A stretch of DNA of 64,000 bases. Source: Fibrobacteria bacterium. Its GTDB lineage: Bacteria; Fibrobacterota; Fibrobacteria; UBA11236; JADFYW01. Under the pieces are notes generated by a model that had not been told where the DNA came from, did no database searches, and saw only the letters and a list, made by a program, of their open reading frames with translations. The DNA lies in the NCBI GenBank assembly GCA_050294405.1, contig JBNKOC010000030.1, forward strand, positions 1 through 64,000. Reading direction: 5' to 3'. A program made the translations under genes and the position numbers. This document shows, in pieces, positions 60,735 to 64,000 of the stretch. Position 1 is the first letter of the stretch; each line of letters opens with the position of its first letter.

Positions 60735-62057
60735 ATGCGCACTAAAATTATTTTAATTATCCTTGGGTGTTTGTTTTATCTGGGTTTTGGCCAGGGTGGC
60801 GGTGGGGAAAATTCTCCCATAAAATTTTATAATTTGGAAAAAGAATACAGTAAAACCATAACTTACGCATATACGCCAAAAGAAGCTTCGGCACTTGAGT
60901 TAAAGCAAATCCTGGCAAATATGCTTTCTATTTTTGGTTCTATCTATGTAAATGAAGTTACTAATACAATTTTTCTAACTGATACTGAAGAAAAAATTGA
61001 AGATGTGAAAGCCATATTGCCTAGCCTGGATTTGAAAAATATTAAAGCCGGAAACAATTTGGTTTCGGAAGTAATGTATTTAAAACACGAAAATGTTTTT
61101 GATGTAAGCAGTATAATCCGCCACAAGCTTTCCGGAGAAGGGAATCTGTATGAGATAGCTAATTTAAATGCCATGGTTGTAACTGATATAAGTTCGAAAA
61201 TCGGCGAAGTTAAAAACCTATTGGAAAAAATTGATGTTCCTAACCCCCAGATTGCCATTGAAATAAGTGTGGTAGAATTTAACAATGAATATTTTTCGAA
61301 ATTAGGCATTAATATATTTGATTGGCTGCAGGGATTAAATGCGGGTATTGATATTTATAAAATGGACGATGGAACAACCAGAACTTCTGTTACTTTGCAA
61401 AATAAGGGAGAAGGCCCCATTAGCACCGGCGGAGAATTTTTAATATCCGAATTAGACAGAAGCAGCCAGCACAAGTTGCGTTCAGAAATAAACATCAGTG
61501 ATTTAGTTAATTTTATTAATGAAAACGCCGATGGCGCCGTGCTTGCCAACTCCAGAATTATTACCAGAAATAATAAACAGGCCATATTAAATGCCCGTGA
61601 ATATTTGCCTCACCAGTTTTTTGAACAAAATTTAGCAGAGGCAAATCCCTTTACTCAGTTGTCTTTAACGGGAACGACAGTTAGGGTCACACCAACTATT
61701 CAACAAGATAGCATGATAAATTTGAAAATTATTCCTGTGGTGGCAAATCTAACAGGATGGAGCCCCAAGGGAATGCCGATTGTTTTTGAGAGAAGTTTGG
61801 ATACGGAGGTGAAGGTTAAAAATAATACCATTTTTGCCTTGGGCGGTTTAAACAAAAAAGAAAAAGTTAAAATCCGCAGAGGAATTCCCATTTTAAAAGA
61901 TATTCCTCTGCTAAGGGTATTCTTTTCCACCCAGCAGGATGTGGTTTTAGAAAGGGAAGTTTTGATTTTTATAAAGCCTGTCTTACAGGAATACTACAGT
62001 TCCTCCGAAGAGTCCATGAAAAATATGATGGAACGTTTTGAACCCAGTAAAGAATAA
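60735..62057 (+). CDS. Secretin (GspD/PilQ-like outer-membrane channel)
   Basis: Signal peptide, two Secretin_N-like repeats, IDVPNPQIAIEISVVE, VTPTI, LGGL, GIPILKDIPLL, LIFIKP. Confidence 0.92.
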   Translation: MRTKIILIILGCLFYLGFGQGGGGENSPIKFYNLEKEYSKTITYAYTPKEASALELKQILANMLSIFGSIYVNEVTNTIFLTDTEEKIEDVKAILPSLDLKNIKAGNNLVSEVMYLKHENVFDVSSIIRHKLSGEGNLYEIANLNAMVVTDISSKIGEVKNLLEKIDVPNPQIAIEISVVEFNNEYFSKLGINIFDWLQGLNAGIDIYKMDDGTTRTSVTLQNKGEGPISTGGEFLISELDRSSQHKLRSEINISDLVNFINENADGAVLANSRIITRNNKQAILNAREYLPHQFFEQNLAEANPFTQLSLTGTTVRVTPTIQQDSMINLKIIPVVANLTGWSPKGMPIVFERSLDTEVKVKNNTIFALGGLNKKEKVKIRRGIPILKDIPLLRVFFSTQQDVVLEREVLIFIKPVLQEYYSSSEESMKNMMERFEPSKE

Positions 62058-62139
62058 AATTAAAGGAGTTTTTAAAATTGAGGAATGCCGCATTGAATGA
62101 GGCGTGCGAAAAAAACTCCAATTAGGTATTTGATAATAT

Positions 62140-62919
62140 ATGAATTACATAGACACCCACTGCCACATAGATGGCATTTTAAAGAAAAAAGAATTTAGCG
62201 ATTATCCCAAATTAAAAGCAGATCACTTTCCCCAAAATTTTGAGGGAGCAATAACCATCTCCTGCGATCCTAATTCCATTGAAGCTGTATTGGGGCTAAT
62301 GGAGTTTGAAGAAGTATATGCCGCCTTTGGCATACATCCCCATGATGCCAAAGAATATTCGGATTCTTTGGAAGAAAAATTAAAGGAATGTATGGCAAAT
62401 TCCAAAACCCTTGCCTGGGGTGAAATCGGGTTGGATTACCATTACAATTTTTCAGATCCTAATACTCAAAAAAAAGTTTTTATCCGCCAAATAGAGAAAG
62501 CCATTGAGCTGGATAAGCCCATAGTCATTCACACCAGGGAAGCAGAAGAAGACAGCCTTCAAATAATGAAGGAACATATTCCTAACAATTGGAAAGTGCA
62601 TGTGCATTGTTTTACGAGTTCGCTAAACATGGCAGAAAACTTATTAAGCCATTTTGAGAATTTATACCTTGGGTTTACAGGGGTAATCACCTTTAAGAAT
62701 TCAGAAGAGTTAAAAAAAGTGGCGGCGATGACCCCAAATGAGCGTTTCCTTTTGGAAACGGATGCTCCCTATTTAGCTCCAGTCCCTTACAGGGGTAAAC
62801 CCTGCCATAGCGGATATATTCCTTTTATTGCCGAAGAATTAGCTAAAATTAAGGCTACGAGTTTGGATGAAATTTACGCTCTTGCCAGAGAAAATACCCG
62901 ACAAATGTATGGCATCTAA
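62140..62919 (+). CDS. tatD: TatD family hydrolase/DNase
   Basis: DTHCH, GIHPH, GEIGLDY, IHTREA, HCF, LETDAPYLAP. Confidence 0.96.
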   Translation: MNYIDTHCHIDGILKKKEFSDYPKLKADHFPQNFEGAITISCDPNSIEAVLGLMEFEEVYAAFGIHPHDAKEYSDSLEEKLKECMANSKTLAWGEIGLDYHYNFSDPNTQKKVFIRQIEKAIELDKPIVIHTREAEEDSLQIMKEHIPNNWKVHVHCFTSSLNMAENLLSHFENLYLGFTGVITFKNSEELKKVAAMTPNERFLLETDAPYLAPVPYRGKPCHSGYIPFIAEELAKIKATSLDEIYALARENTRQMYGI

Positions 62920-62925
62920 TGCGGA

Positions 62926-63339
62926 CTATTTAAATTCGGACTCGTCTGCTGTTTGAGAATTGCGCCTTCTTACGTTAGAACCTGAGCGGCGTTCTTCCCC
63001 TTCAATTAATTGTTTTTCAGCTCTTACATCTGCTACTTTTTGTTCCCACTCTTTAATGGCAAAATCAAGCTGAGAGCGGCTTTCTTTAATCTTTAAATTT
63101 ATTTCGCTCAGCTTGGTTTTAAGCTCTGCCTGCTGAAGCCGCAAAACTCTTTCGTTAGGAAACTTCTGCAAGTGGCCAAGGGTAATAAAGTACTCCTTTT
63201 CCAGCGCCTTTTTTTCTTTTAACAATTGGTTGTATTCGTTATATGATTTCTCTACAGCGGGATTGGATAGGCTGCAACTTAATAACATGGCCATTCCGAA
63301 TAGGAGGGATATTTTAATAAAATTTGAAACCATTTTCAA
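62926..63339 (-). CDS. Hypothetical coiled-coil lipoprotein
   Basis: Lipobox LLSC then a long charged helical region. Confidence 0.7.
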   Translation of the reverse strand: MKMVSNFIKISLLFGMAMLLSCSLSNPAVEKSYNEYNQLLKEKKALEKEYFITLGHLQKFPNERVLRLQQAELKTKLSEINLKIKESRSQLDFAIKEWEQKVADVRAEKQLIEGEERRSGSNVRRRNSQTADESEFK

Positions 63340-64000
63340 TTGTCCGGAAAAAAGTGACTTTTAATTTAGTTTCGATGGAATCAGCAATATCTTTGGTTAA
63401 CTCTTCTTTTCGAAATTCATAACAGGGAAGGCCCTCGTCTAAGGTCACAGAAAATCTCCAAACTCCATTAACCTCCTCTTCTTCCAGATAGCCTTTTTTT
63501 ATTACTCGGCCGTATTTATCCTGGTTTTCAAAAAAATCTCCCATTCTAAATTGGAAAACATCAAAGAGGTTTTTTTGATGGACAACAAAAAACTCTTCCA
63601 GCTCCAGCTGTAAATTTCTTTTGGCCCGATAATATACGGAATATTCCAGGCATTCTGAGGATATCTTTTTCCGAATTGCGGAAATGACCACCGAATCGGC
63701 TTTAATAGATTTCAGCTTTGGGTTTAACAGCGCAGTGTCCAGCTTTTGTCCGGTTTGATATTGACCAGGAGGTAGGAAGCGGCTAATGTGCCAGCGGTCT
63801 TGCCATAAGTCCTTAAAATAATTGCTGTCCAATTTGGAAATGAGCCTTTGCTTATAATTGTCCTGAAGTTTCATGGAATCTACCGTGGCGCGCAATTTAT
63901 TATAACCGCTGATGCTTGTTACATTGCCTTCCGAATCCAAATGTATTTCCAAAGGGAGCTTTTTTTGGATGTTTTCAGCCAACAAGCTTTTATTGTATCC
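63314..64000 (-). CDS. Hypothetical protein, 5' end outside the window
   Basis: Frame stays open from 63985 to the window edge (GYNKSLLAEN...); overlaps the start of the next gene. Confidence 0.7.
   Translation of the reverse strand, partial: GYNKSLLAENIQKKLPLEIHLDSEGNVTSISGYNKLRATVDSMKLQDNYKQRLISKLDSNYFKDLWQDRWHISRFLPPGQYQTGQKLDTALLNPKLKSIKADSVVISAIRKKISSECLEYSVYYRAKRNLQLELEEFFVVHQKNLFDVFQFRMGDFFENQDKYGRVIKKGYLEEEEVNGVWRFSVTLDEGLPCYEFRKEELTKDIADSIETKLKVTFFRTIENGFKFY

Overview
Gene-dense, AT-rich bacterial chromosome segment, genetic code 11. It is most consistent with Fibrobacterota or a nearby FCB-group lineage, inferred from a C-terminal FISUMP/Fib_succ_major domain, T9SS-like C-terminal tails and Bacteroidota-like class Ia RNR genes. 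The window opens with the 3' end of an rRNA operon (23S, 5S, terminator). It carries housekeeping genes (greB, nifU-like-sufBCDS, lhgO, asnS, hemB, rpmG, nrdB-nrdA, dps, tatD), many signalling genes (triple-receiver hybrid kinase, GAF kinase, single-domain response regulators, GGDEF, EAL, FapA, an alternative sigma70) and many surface or secreted proteins (M64 and S8 peptidases, GH30, LRR and FISUMP lipoproteins, PEP-CTERM protein, TMEM260-like glycosyltransferase, orphan secretin). Best candidate for an undescribed system: a two-gene operon at 57.2-59.1 kb encoding a monoheme c lipoprotein and a Cyc2-like cytochrome-porin fusion with two CxxCH motifs, a possible outer-membrane electron conduit. 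Non-coding signals read directly from the DNA: a cobalamin riboswitch plus tandem NrdR boxes before nrdBA, two near-consensus sigma54 promoters, a candidate sRNA after dps, a terminator-like hairpin in the hemerythrin leader and a TGT-N11-ACA site before the PEP-CTERM gene. No CRISPR array, transposase, integrase or tRNA was seen. All family calls are by motif recognition; no searches were run.
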